DNA from: Haloplanus pelagicus
Lineage (GTDB): Archaea; Halobacteriota; Halobacteria; Halobacteriales; Haloferacaceae
Assembly (NCBI RefSeq): GCF_023703795.1
Contig: NZ_CP098519.1
Location: 92,229 to 124,228, forward strand
Direction: 5' to 3'
Length of the DNA: 32,000 nt
The notes beneath the pieces are model-generated. The model saw only the letters and a program-made list of their open reading frames with translations, was not told the origin of the DNA and searched no databases. The position numbers and the translations under genes were made by a program. Below, piece by piece: positions 17,253-25,996 of the stretch. Position 1 is the first letter of the stretch; every line of letters begins with the position of its first letter.

Positions 17253-18101
17253 ATGAGTCATTACACTTCAAAATTCCATATTAGTGACCCTGGCCCACAG
17301 GAGTTGTATGAATATTTGGATACTGTGGAGGCAACATCGCCATCATCGAATCCAGAACTTCTTGAATCGGCCAGAGACCTTGGCCACTCAATCGGGAGCA
17401 AGGAGAAATCTACAGAAGGTTCGGTGCTTGGCCGGCTCGGGATTGTAGATCCCACCGATCAATTTCAGTTTACTGAACTCGGTGACTCCCTGGTCGATAT
17501 CATGTATAGGGATCGGAACCTGTTTAATACGGTACTTCATTTTCTTTATTACTCTGCTTTTGAGAGATACCCAGACAGATATGTATTTATGTCGTATACA
17601 TACAGAGAGATGACCAACTATCTCTATGATAATTCCCCGTTTAGCACTTTTCGGGGAGAGCGTGGAACAATTGTTGGTGAAGTCACCGAATTAGCAGAAC
17701 AGAGTCCAGATGTCGACGTTTCCAAGACACGAAGCGGCGTGTCACTTAGTACAAAGAGTTTCAATAATTATCTGCAGTATCTTGCGGAACTATCCCCCGA
17801 GGTGCTAGTGGAGGATGACTCTGGGAGTCCCGGATTCGAGCGACGTGCGTTCTGCCCTCCGGAACTTATGATCTTGGCCGTGGATCATATCTATAAGCAA
17901 AACGAGACAGATTATGAGACGCTCCTCAGAGTGACAGATGATACCAAAGTTCGAATTCAACAGATGTGCCTCCTCTCTGATGATGGGTTCGATGAGGTAA
18001 CCGAGTACGCTGAACAGGCGTATCCATTCTTCTCAAAGAAACATGACTTTGGTCTCAACCTTCGATTAGACCGAGAAGTAACTCTTGATGACCTCCAATA
18101 G
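17253..18101 (+). CDS. DUF4007-like / winged-helix protein, possible defence regulator or adaptor
   Basis: MSHYTSKFHISDPGPQELYEYLDTVEATSPSS...VLGRLGIVDPTDQFQFTELGDSLVDIMYRDRNLFNTVLHFLYYSAFE, similar in layout to DUF4007 proteins. Track ORF starts at TTG 17241; ATG 17253 is preferred. Confidence 0.55.
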   Translation: MSHYTSKFHISDPGPQELYEYLDTVEATSPSSNPELLESARDLGHSIGSKEKSTEGSVLGRLGIVDPTDQFQFTELGDSLVDIMYRDRNLFNTVLHFLYYSAFERYPDRYVFMSYTYREMTNYLYDNSPFSTFRGERGTIVGEVTELAEQSPDVDVSKTRSGVSLSTKSFNNYLQYLAELSPEVLVEDDSGSPGFERRAFCPPELMILAVDHIYKQNETDYETLLRVTDDTKVRIQQMCLLSDDGFDEVTEYAEQAYPFFSKKHDFGLNLRLDREVTLDDLQ

Positions 18102-18102
18102 C

Positions 18103-18504
18103 ATGTCGTCACCTGTTGCAGAACTACTACAGAAATCTAATGAGGCAAAGCGGCGACTACAAGATGACCTCCTGACCGACGATCAGATCGCAGTACGCTC
18201 GAAACTTTTGGAATTTGCTGATCAGGACGGCGGTCATTACAACTTGTATGGAGCAAGAGGTGTTGGCAAGACCACGCTGGCTAAATATATGATGGTTCAT
18301 CAGAACGGGTGGGGATACGCTCCATGGCTACCCGTGAAAAATGCCTCAACACGAGTCCTCTTCGTCGATAATGTACCGGCAACCAGGACAGCGTCACGCA
18401 GAGCGCGTGAAATTATTGGATTTGACACTCCAGACACGGTGATTTCAGTTTCGCGCAAACCGGTTCCGGAAACAAAAGCGCGTGTTACACTCTCTGACAA
18501 CTGA
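18103..18504 (+). CDS. Minimal P-loop/AAA-like ATPase (about 133 aa)
   Basis: HYNLYGARGVGKTTLAKYMMVHQ (Walker A), STRVLFVDNVPATR (degenerate Walker B), TVISVSRKPVPET. ATG 18103 lies 1 nt after the preceding stop. Confidence 0.6.
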   Translation: MSSPVAELLQKSNEAKRRLQDDLLTDDQIAVRSKLLEFADQDGGHYNLYGARGVGKTTLAKYMMVHQNGWGYAPWLPVKNASTRVLFVDNVPATRTASRRAREIIGFDTPDTVISVSRKPVPETKARVTLSDN

Positions 18505-18591
18505 TACTTACAGGAGATATTCCCCTTCTCTACTCTCTGTCGATCATCCAATAATTTATTAACAGAGAAGTGCCAGAAGGGTATAGTTACT

Positions 18592-21500
18592 ATGGGACAG
18601 GCGAATGCGCAAAATATCGAGTCCTCTCTTCGAGAACTCAATGACACGCTGAACAAAGATGAGGGGATTGTCAATACATCAAGCGCTCACCGATTTTTAG
18701 ACCAGCCGAGCGATATCGAGACCGAATACATTGAGTACGCTCGGACTCACCTGATCCAGCCAGACATTCAACGGTTTATCGATTCGTTGACTGGAGCCCT
18801 CGAAGATGAAGATCTGAATAAATCTGTTCCTGGATACATTGTGGGCCCCTACGGGTTTGGGAAGACCAGTACAACGGGAAAAGTTTGGTACCTTCTTGAC
18901 CAGGAAGACAACTACATTACTACCCCTCCGATCTATTTCGATGAACTACAGTCAATTGTCGACGCCGTGTACGGATGGATGCGGTTCCGCTTGAGGGACC
19001 GAGAAGAGCATCTAGAAACCCTCGAACAGCGGTACCAGGCCAAAGTGACCAGTAACGTCGAAGATATTGTTGACCAAACTGGATTCGATGACAAAGATCA
19101 AACCCGGGAAGAGTTCGAGCGACTAATCGAGTCGGGATCGATTGATATCGAATTCTCGGTCCAACACGTTCTGGATTTCCTTTCTGAATGTAATCAGATC
19201 GCAAAAGACGCTGGGTACAAAGGCCTCGTCGTTATTGCCGACGAACTTCAGCAGTTCATATCCAGTCACTCGTCTGACAAAGAAGCATACTCTAAGCTAC
19301 GTGATATTGCAAAAAGCACAGCCCTCGGCCTGAACGAAGGCGACGGCTTGGGTCTTCTGTTCACCATGGACGATGGTCTCCACGGAGACCTGGACGTGAA
19401 TGCAGACGATGTTCTTGCGCGGTTAGCAGAACAGAACGTTCAACTCAACTTAGCGAATGTTTACAACCGAGATTTCCCGACTAAGCTGTGGGAAAGTCTG
19501 GCTGAAACTTACGGTTTCAAGGACAGACGCTACGAAGTAATTACCGAGGATACGCTAGACGCAATTGGTCAGATCTGTGAACGTGGACCTCCTCTTTCAA
19601 ACGGCCCTCGTTCAGTTGTGGACATTCTCACGATCGCTATCGAGCACTACCTCTCTGAGTCGGAGGCGTTTGATGCTCTTGACCTCGCCAATGCGTACTA
19701 TAATGGCGTTGTCCGATTCAAAGGAGACCACATCAAAACCGCAATCACAGAGGCGATTAATTCTGATCAAATAAGTACCCCCGATCGTGAGAATTTCATC
19801 AAGCTGTGTGGGGTATTCCCTCGAGGAGTCTCAGATGACCTACTGAAGCAGTATGGGGTTCACGAGGCGAAAGAACAGGTCAAAGGAGAACTTCACGGAC
19901 AGCTCATCATCACACACGAGGAAGGGCGCACGCTCAAACGTCTTGAGCGGGAAGGAGAGGATCGTGGGATCAAAGACGAACTGTTCACACAGTTCTATCG
20001 GGATTATGACACCACAGACATCTACGATTCGAACGCTTCTGAGACGTTCCGAGAATTTGTTGTTTCGGAAGAACTCTTCCCCGCTGTTCGAGGAAAGAGT
20101 CTGAGCAGCTGGGTTACCGAACACGCCTTTGAACCCGAAACTGGAGGAGTGTACGCGGCAGTCTTTCGTGGGTCATTCAACGGGCAAGAGTACCCTGAGC
20201 GGCTTATTGAAATCCGAATGGGCACGGATGCTACATCAGTTAAATCGCCCGATGAAGGCACAGATACTGACCTCACGATTGGCTTTGCCGTTAACATGGA
20301 GAAGCAGACTGAAGTCACCCCTCACATCGAACGGGTATCTACTGACGAGGTTCTTCTACATCTAGACTTAGCTGATTCTTTCGACAGCCTCCCGAGCAAT
20401 ATCGTTATGTTGGAAGATTACATGAGTCCGGAAGATGTCAGCCCCCATCTGCTGCTCTCCTTACATCACTTCATGCGTAATTGGGAGGAGAACCAAACAG
20501 TCAATCCCAACCAGGAGACACAGTTGGAATATATCCGTGACCAGTTAGTCACGCAAAGCATTCAGAAGGCGTTTGGCCCTCCCCTGAATGGGGACGACTT
20601 CCTCGATGAATCAGGGAGTAGTCGCCGGACCGTTGATCCGTCAAAGGTCGTCGAGAAAATCTTCAACCGTGTAATCGAAGAGGTCTATCCTGATTATAAA
20701 ACTCTCTTCATCTCGGACAATTACCAGACCTTCTTAGATGACTATGAATCTCTCCTAGTAGGAAACGATCCGAATATCCGGATCTCACAAAAGCGGGGTA
20801 ATACCCCAATTGAAGGGACAAAAAGCGATATTTCCAACGCGATCGGGGTATCTAGTAACTCGACAGCAAAAACACGTCTTGATAAACAATTTGAAGATCT
20901 CGTTGACACTGAAGTCTGGCAGGGCAAGGATGCCAGGGTTCGATTGACCCTTCATCCCCTTGAGGAACTTCTTAAAGACCATATCGAGGAGCAAGAGAAG
21001 GAAACTGTCGCCGTCAGTGAGTTATATGATGTAGCCGGGGAGAAAGGGTACCGGCAGGAAGAAGTTGACTGGGCAGTCCGCCTCCTTGTTGGTCGAGATT
21101 TCATCAAGCATGATCAAAACGATGAAACGGTCGAACTGAGCGACATTGCTATCGACATCGACCAAGTCAAATCTCGGCTGGAATCACTCCGAAACACGGC
21201 TGCGGAGCTCAACGAAATCTCGAACGAGTGGAGTGAGTATGACTCGATCACTAATGAGTTGAATCGCCTTGAGGAGGAACTCAGCGGAACGACGAATGAC
21301 GACATTGAGATACTCGATGATCTTAACGCCGAGCTAGAAGAGGTAGATTCGCAGATCTCGACGCAGATCAAGGCCACAAGTGCGACCCTTCGTGAACGTG
21401 CCCGAGGAACAATAGACAGACTCAAAGGACTTTCATCCAGCAACAAGCCTCGCGATCTGAAAAAGACTGTCGAGAAGTCTAATGTTCCGTTCGGCCTCCA

Positions 21501-22683
21501 TATCAAAGACATCGAGACTGAACTATCATCCAACTTTACAAAAGCAACTACAGAGGCCGACTCTGCCCGCTCAGATCTTGATACAGATCTCGAGATTGCA
21601 TCTGGCACGGCAGCTCTGAGTGAGATTAATACTCTACAGGACTCAATTGAGGAGGCGAAAGAAATCGCTGAGCAGGTTGATGAAGAATTAGAGGATATCA
21701 AAGAGGACGCGGCTGACTACGCGGATTGGTGTCGACTTGCAAATGACATGGACGCTGCTCGTTCGGATATTGTTCAGTATGCAAATACTCATCCTGACAA
21801 CAGTGCCGCGATGTCAATCAGGGATGAGCTTACCGCTCTGATGAGTGAGATTCAGACTGAGTTCCAGAAGGGCAGTGACCACGATGACTTCCCTCAGGCA
21901 CTGCGGAATGCCGAAATGTATCGGCAGCAGTTCGAAGACCTCAAAGACCAATTCGAGGAGATAACTCAGGGGGACGAAGAGAACTTCAATTACCGGAAGA
22001 ATGTGCTTGAGAACACGCTGAAGATTGGTACTTCCGGCCACCCAAGTATCAGACAAAACTTGAGTCCTAACAATGCTGAGAAGTCACGTAATGACCTCAA
22101 GCATGAGTTCCGCCGCCAGCTGGTTGAGAACAGCGATGGAATCGAAGATGTAAAGTCCGATATCAAATCGATTGAGACCAGCATTGAGTATGCTGAGTTG
22201 TTGAATCAGGTTCCGGATGAAGCTGACCCGACTCCGGCTGATATCCGCGATCAGATAGTCGATTTCGAATCTACTATTGAAGATATCCATCAGGCTGTCA
22301 GTCAAATGGATATCACTTCGGCTATCCGACTTCCGACTGAGGGTGGCCGTTCGAACTCGTTCCCCAACACCGATGAGAAATTGAGTCTCTCGATTGACAA
22401 CCGCGAGGTGAACGTCGGCGAACGAATCGACGAAATCCGAGATTCAATTGAGGCACTCCATCAAGACGTTCGTGAGTGGCGACAGGTTACTGAGACTCCC
22501 CCAGAAGATCTTGAATATATTATGGATGAACTGGACTATCGGGATCAGTCTGACTTGGAGAGCGTCCTAATTTCAGTCTCTGAAAAGAAAGGTGACACCG
22601 ACGTTGCAGAGTTCTTTGCCGATCTGGAAACCTTATTCGAGGGGAACCACATCACGGTCTCGATCAAAAGCGAACATAGGTAA
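18592..22683 (+). CDS. BrxC/PglY-like large ATPase
   Basis: 1363 aa. VPGYIVGPYGFGKTSTTGKVWYLL (Walker A, aa 85-92), GYKGLVVIADELQQFISSH (Walker B), long C-terminal coiled-coil-like region. Directly followed by a PglZ-domain gene. Confidence 0.75.
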   Translation: MGQANAQNIESSLRELNDTLNKDEGIVNTSSAHRFLDQPSDIETEYIEYARTHLIQPDIQRFIDSLTGALEDEDLNKSVPGYIVGPYGFGKTSTTGKVWYLLDQEDNYITTPPIYFDELQSIVDAVYGWMRFRLRDREEHLETLEQRYQAKVTSNVEDIVDQTGFDDKDQTREEFERLIESGSIDIEFSVQHVLDFLSECNQIAKDAGYKGLVVIADELQQFISSHSSDKEAYSKLRDIAKSTALGLNEGDGLGLLFTMDDGLHGDLDVNADDVLARLAEQNVQLNLANVYNRDFPTKLWESLAETYGFKDRRYEVITEDTLDAIGQICERGPPLSNGPRSVVDILTIAIEHYLSESEAFDALDLANAYYNGVVRFKGDHIKTAITEAINSDQISTPDRENFIKLCGVFPRGVSDDLLKQYGVHEAKEQVKGELHGQLIITHEEGRTLKRLEREGEDRGIKDELFTQFYRDYDTTDIYDSNASETFREFVVSEELFPAVRGKSLSSWVTEHAFEPETGGVYAAVFRGSFNGQEYPERLIEIRMGTDATSVKSPDEGTDTDLTIGFAVNMEKQTEVTPHIERVSTDEVLLHLDLADSFDSLPSNIVMLEDYMSPEDVSPHLLLSLHHFMRNWEENQTVNPNQETQLEYIRDQLVTQSIQKAFGPPLNGDDFLDESGSSRRTVDPSKVVEKIFNRVIEEVYPDYKTLFISDNYQTFLDDYESLLVGNDPNIRISQKRGNTPIEGTKSDISNAIGVSSNSTAKTRLDKQFEDLVDTEVWQGKDARVRLTLHPLEELLKDHIEEQEKETVAVSELYDVAGEKGYRQEEVDWAVRLLVGRDFIKHDQNDETVELSDIAIDIDQVKSRLESLRNTAAELNEISNEWSEYDSITNELNRLEEELSGTTNDDIEILDDLNAELEEVDSQISTQIKATSATLRERARGTIDRLKGLSSSNKPRDLKKTVEKSNVPFGLHIKDIETELSSNFTKATTEADSARSDLDTDLEIASGTAALSEINTLQDSIEEAKEIAEQVDEELEDIKEDAADYADWCRLANDMDAARSDIVQYANTHPDNSAAMSIRDELTALMSEIQTEFQKGSDHDDFPQALRNAEMYRQQFEDLKDQFEEITQGDEENFNYRKNVLENTLKIGTSGHPSIRQNLSPNNAEKSRNDLKHEFRRQLVENSDGIEDVKSDIKSIETSIEYAELLNQVPDEADPTPADIRDQIVDFESTIEDIHQAVSQMDITSAIRLPTEGGRSNSFPNTDEKLSLSIDNREVNVGERIDEIRDSIEALHQDVREWRQVTETPPEDLEYIMDELDYRDQSDLESVLISVSEKKGDTDVAEFFADLETLFEGNHITVSIKSEHR

Positions 22684-22688
22684 CTCCC

Positions 22689-23864
22689 GTGTCTACCCGC
22701 ACTATTGAGTCACTGTCTGCCTTGGCTGAAGCGACACGTGACGGACCAGTTGTCGCAAATATCGGAGGGCTCGAGTCTCGAGTACTACAAAACAGGCATG
22801 GTATCGATACCCTTGAATCGCTTGAAGAGTTTTACCGCCTCTATGAGTCTCCGACTAATTTGTTTGAAACCGATGTGATCATTCGGGATCAGGGATCTAA
22901 GCCGTCCTTTGATAGGTCACTTACGCTCTACAACCCACCTTCGATAGAACAGGTCGAATACACTGGCACCGTGTACGATAGGTCGCTTAATGGACTCATA
23001 TCAGAAGGGTCGATTTCTTGGGACGATGTGGAGAGCACAACCACTTGTCAATCAGAGGTCGGCGATCTCATCACGGAGGCGGCATCTGATGTTGATGTTA
23101 TTGCGCTGGTTATTGTTGATGGCCTCTCCTATCAGGATTGGACAGACTCAGGCTATGAGGCAGAGCCAATCTATGTTGATTGCCCAACACGTACAGATTG
23201 TGGCTACCCAAATGTCGTCCGTGGGGCATCCAACGGGAAGCATCTCCAATATCGGCTTTTCAACGAGGGATATAAAACCCGGAAGGCGTTCACCTACTGG
23301 GAACGTAAGGATAACGACCTTTCTGACGAATTGCACGATGGTTTCTCCAAGAACGACGTAATCGGAAACATCCAGGACTTTGCTGATTCCATCTCATATT
23401 TACAGACCCACGATTGGTATCGACCGAAGACCTATCTCCAGTTCACTCTTACCGGTCCTGAACGTGTAGCGCACCGAATGAAGGAGGATCCTGTGATCCA
23501 GAGTGAGGTAGACGCAGTTCATCAAAAGTTGTCTGACCTCCGTGAAACAATCAGCAAAGAAACGGACTCATTCCGTATTTTCGCTGTTGCCGACCATGGT
23601 ATTCTCTGGCGGATGGATACTGACTTTGAGGCACTTGATGAAAAGTGGAAGCAGGGAATTCGTCGGGACTATGAAGACCCTCCAGCCAGCGCATCTGTTC
23701 CTGAGTCCGTTGGTGAAACATCCTTCTGGGCTGGTCAGCAATATCTCCGGCTTTATCACCCACACATATTCAATAACCTACGAAGTAACGAACCAGGAGT
23801 ACACGGTGGCTTTTCGTACCAAGAGTCCATTGTTCCGTTAATTGAATACGAGGATCTGAAATGA
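22689..23864 (+). CDS. pglZ: PglZ-domain protein (alkaline phosphatase superfamily, compact)
   Basis: GTG start 22689. VIALVIVDGLSYQDW, PTRTDCGYPNVVRGASNGK, FRIFAVADHGILW, EPGVHGGFSYQESIVPLIEYE, in PglZ order. 391 aa. Confidence 0.82.
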   Translation: MSTRTIESLSALAEATRDGPVVANIGGLESRVLQNRHGIDTLESLEEFYRLYESPTNLFETDVIIRDQGSKPSFDRSLTLYNPPSIEQVEYTGTVYDRSLNGLISEGSISWDDVESTTTCQSEVGDLITEAASDVDVIALVIVDGLSYQDWTDSGYEAEPIYVDCPTRTDCGYPNVVRGASNGKHLQYRLFNEGYKTRKAFTYWERKDNDLSDELHDGFSKNDVIGNIQDFADSISYLQTHDWYRPKTYLQFTLTGPERVAHRMKEDPVIQSEVDAVHQKLSDLRETISKETDSFRIFAVADHGILWRMDTDFEALDEKWKQGIRRDYEDPPASASVPESVGETSFWAGQQYLRLYHPHIFNNLRSNEPGVHGGFSYQESIVPLIEYEDLK

Positions 23865-25030
23865 CACAAGAAATATTCATTGGCGAGGAACGTGATAGCG
23901 GCGAGGAAACGCTTATTGACACTTCGAAGGCCCGTGCTCTCTTCGTTTGTGGGAAGCGAGGGACCGGCAAGAGCTATTCGTTGGGAAACGTCATCGAGGA
24001 GGTCAACCGAGAGATGCCCGACACAGTTCCCCTTGTTGTTGACCCGATGGGGATTTACTGGACGATGGCCGAACCAAATGACGAACAGCAAGATCTCCTC
24101 TGGGATTGGGGAATGCAGCCGACTGGGTTTGACACTACACTCCTCGTTCCGGGCGATCCAACAGAACGTTACGGACCTGAAGTCTACGATGAGATGATGC
24201 GCCGCGGTATCGAAATCGAGAGCCTGCGTCTCAATCCTTCTGACATTTCTCCCGATGGGTGGTGTGAACTCTTCGATCTCAATATAAACAAACCGATGGG
24301 TATTGCGTTGTACCGAGCTGTCCGTTCGCTAAACGAATCTCAAGACTTCTTTGACCTGGACGAGCTCATCGAAGAAGTTGAATACGACGAAAAAGCAAAC
24401 GAGCGGACTGTGGACGCTCTTGTCAATCGTCTGGAGATGGCACACGAATGGGGCATCTTTAGTGACTCATATACAGACATCTGGAACAATCTCGATCCTT
24501 CTCGGGTTAATATTCTCGACGTGAGTGTTCTCGACCCAGGGAAGTACGGTCTTCGTAATTTGGTCGTCTACGTACTGACAAAAAAAATATTTGATGAGCG
24601 ATCGAAAGCGCGCCGTCGAGAGGAACTACAGTTGTCCTCTGATATTCCGAAGGTCTGGCTATTCATCGATGAAGCACACAATTTTGCACCGTCCGGGTCG
24701 TCCTCGCTTGCGAAGGATATCTTGATTCGATGGATCAAGGAGGGACGTCAGCCGGGGCTGTCGCTCGGCATAGCAACTCAACAGCCAAGTGCTGTATCCT
24801 CAGATGTCGTGTCCCAAATGGACTTGATTTTCTGTCACAAAATCACTACTCGCACTGATATTCAGTCGCTGAACGAACTAAGTCAGGAGTACATGGGGAG
24901 TCAGCTGAAGACCTATATCAAGAAAATCGATAAAGTTGGTGAAGCAGTCTGCGTCGATGACGAAAGAGAAGTAGTAACGCAGGTTCAAATGCGACCACGT
25001 ATGAGTCAGCATGGTGGCAGCGGGGCATGA
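23861..25030 (+). CDS. HerA-like P-loop ATPase/translocase
   Basis: ARALFVCGKRGTGKSYSLGNVIEEV (Walker A), VPLVVDPMGIYWTM, VWLFIDEAHNFAPSGSSSLAKDILIRWIKEGRQPGLSLGIATQQPSAVSSDVVSQMDLIFCHKI. ATGA overlap with the pglZ stop. Confidence 0.88.
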   Translation: MTQEIFIGEERDSGEETLIDTSKARALFVCGKRGTGKSYSLGNVIEEVNREMPDTVPLVVDPMGIYWTMAEPNDEQQDLLWDWGMQPTGFDTTLLVPGDPTERYGPEVYDEMMRRGIEIESLRLNPSDISPDGWCELFDLNINKPMGIALYRAVRSLNESQDFFDLDELIEEVEYDEKANERTVDALVNRLEMAHEWGIFSDSYTDIWNNLDPSRVNILDVSVLDPGKYGLRNLVVYVLTKKIFDERSKARRREELQLSSDIPKVWLFIDEAHNFAPSGSSSLAKDILIRWIKEGRQPGLSLGIATQQPSAVSSDVVSQMDLIFCHKITTRTDIQSLNELSQEYMGSQLKTYIKKIDKVGEAVCVDDEREVVTQVQMRPRMSQHGGSGA

Positions 25031-25563
25031 CAACAAATATTCAACGATCAAACAATTCTACGGCAGTGCCAACTACAGTCGACCTCCAGATCTCTGACTT
25101 CCTTGTCAAATCAATTAGTAAAAGTGAGAGATCGGTATCAGAATTGAATTCTTTTTTTAATTCTAATCAGATCAAATCTGAACTCCATTGGTTCACTCAT
25201 CGGGACACCCTGGAACGTGCAGCGTCACGGCCTGACCGACGGTTGTTTTATTTTGCACCCCACGATGCGATCATCGGCGGACTCATGATTTGGTGTGAAT
25301 CGAGAGTGCTTGACCAAACGGAAGCACAAATACGCCTTGTTGCTGTTTCACCAGATTATCGAGGCTATGGAATCGGACAGTACTTAGTGAAAAAGGCTAT
25401 TGAATTTGCAAAAGAGCATAATAAGGAATCAATAATCGCGGACGTTGCAGCCGAAGCTCCCGCAGTACAATTCTGGGAGGCTATCGGGTTTCACAAAGTT
25501 GATTCGTACTTTACAAATGGTGGTCGAGAAATGTATCAGATGGAACGGCACCTGAGTAAGTGA
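25027..25563 (+). CDS. GNAT-family acyltransferase
   Basis: IRLVAVSPDYRGYGIGQYLVKKAIEFAKEHNKESIIADVAAEAPAVQFWEAIGFHKVDSYF. ATGA overlap with the HerA-like gene. Confidence 0.88.
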   Translation: MTTNIQRSNNSTAVPTTVDLQISDFLVKSISKSERSVSELNSFFNSNQIKSELHWFTHRDTLERAASRPDRRLFYFAPHDAIIGGLMIWCESRVLDQTEAQIRLVAVSPDYRGYGIGQYLVKKAIEFAKEHNKESIIADVAAEAPAVQFWEAIGFHKVDSYFTNGGREMYQMERHLSK

Positions 25564-25597
25564 GAGCGTTTATTAGAGGGGACCCATAGATTGTACT

Positions 25598-25996
25598 ATG
25601 TCACAGTCCTCTTCCAGTTCTGAACGAAGTTCCTTACTGGACTCTTTTGAAGCCCCGGAGACGTCAGTCGCTCAGGTGTATACGTTTGAAACAGACGAGG
25701 TAACAGCACTCTGTCCGTTCGACTTCGGAGGGCCTGATTACTATGAGTTCACTCTAAAATACGTTCCTTCCGAAGACTGTGTCGAGAGCAAGAGCCTGAA
25801 AAAGTTCCTTGAATCGTATCGTGATGTTGAGATCACTGCCGAAGGACTTGGTGCCGAGATGTATGAAGAAATCACCGAGACAATATCTCCTAAAAAAATG
25901 TACATCCGGCTCGAACAGGCACGGCGAGGTGGGATTGAAGAAACTGTTGAGTTCGGTGATATAGAATTGAAGTCCGCAAGAGAGCAGGTACAATAA
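25598..25996 (+). CDS. QueF/QueF-L-like T-fold enzyme acting on preQ0 (reductase or amidinotransferase)
   Basis: EVTALCPFDFGGPDYYEFTLKYVPSEDCVESKSLKKFLESYRD...RLEQARRGGI aligns with QueF (EFTSLCP..GQPDFA..ISYIPD..CVESKSLKLYLFSFR...RGGI). C39 and D47 match the catalytic Cys/Asp. Confidence 0.85.
   Translation: MSQSSSSSERSSLLDSFEAPETSVAQVYTFETDEVTALCPFDFGGPDYYEFTLKYVPSEDCVESKSLKKFLESYRDVEITAEGLGAEMYEEITETISPKKMYIRLEQARRGGIEETVEFGDIELKSAREQVQ

Larger units (their letters stand above)
16138..25996 (+). other. Candidate defence operon: dpdA - DUF4007-like - P-loop - brxC/pglY-like - pglZ - herA-like - GNAT - queF-like
   Basis: Eight same-strand genes with short gaps or ATGA overlaps (gap of 1 nt at 18102, 5 nt at 22684-22688, ATGA at 23861 and 25027), in a visibly AT-richer segment between high-GC genes. 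Confidence 0.75.

Noticed and set aside
21114-21701. 195-aa minus-strand ORF inside the BrxC-like gene
   Set aside because: Ser/Arg-rich mirror of a Glu/Asp-rich coiled-coil region; no family features or promoter.
23861-25030. HerA-NurA DNA end-resection operon
   Set aside because: The HerA-like gene has no neighbouring NurA nuclease; it is flanked by pglZ and GNAT genes.
18592-25030. Canonical complete BREX system
   Set aside because: No PglX methyltransferase, BrxA/BrxB, BrxL or PglW-type kinase gene is visible in the window; only the BrxC/PglY-like and PglZ elements are present.
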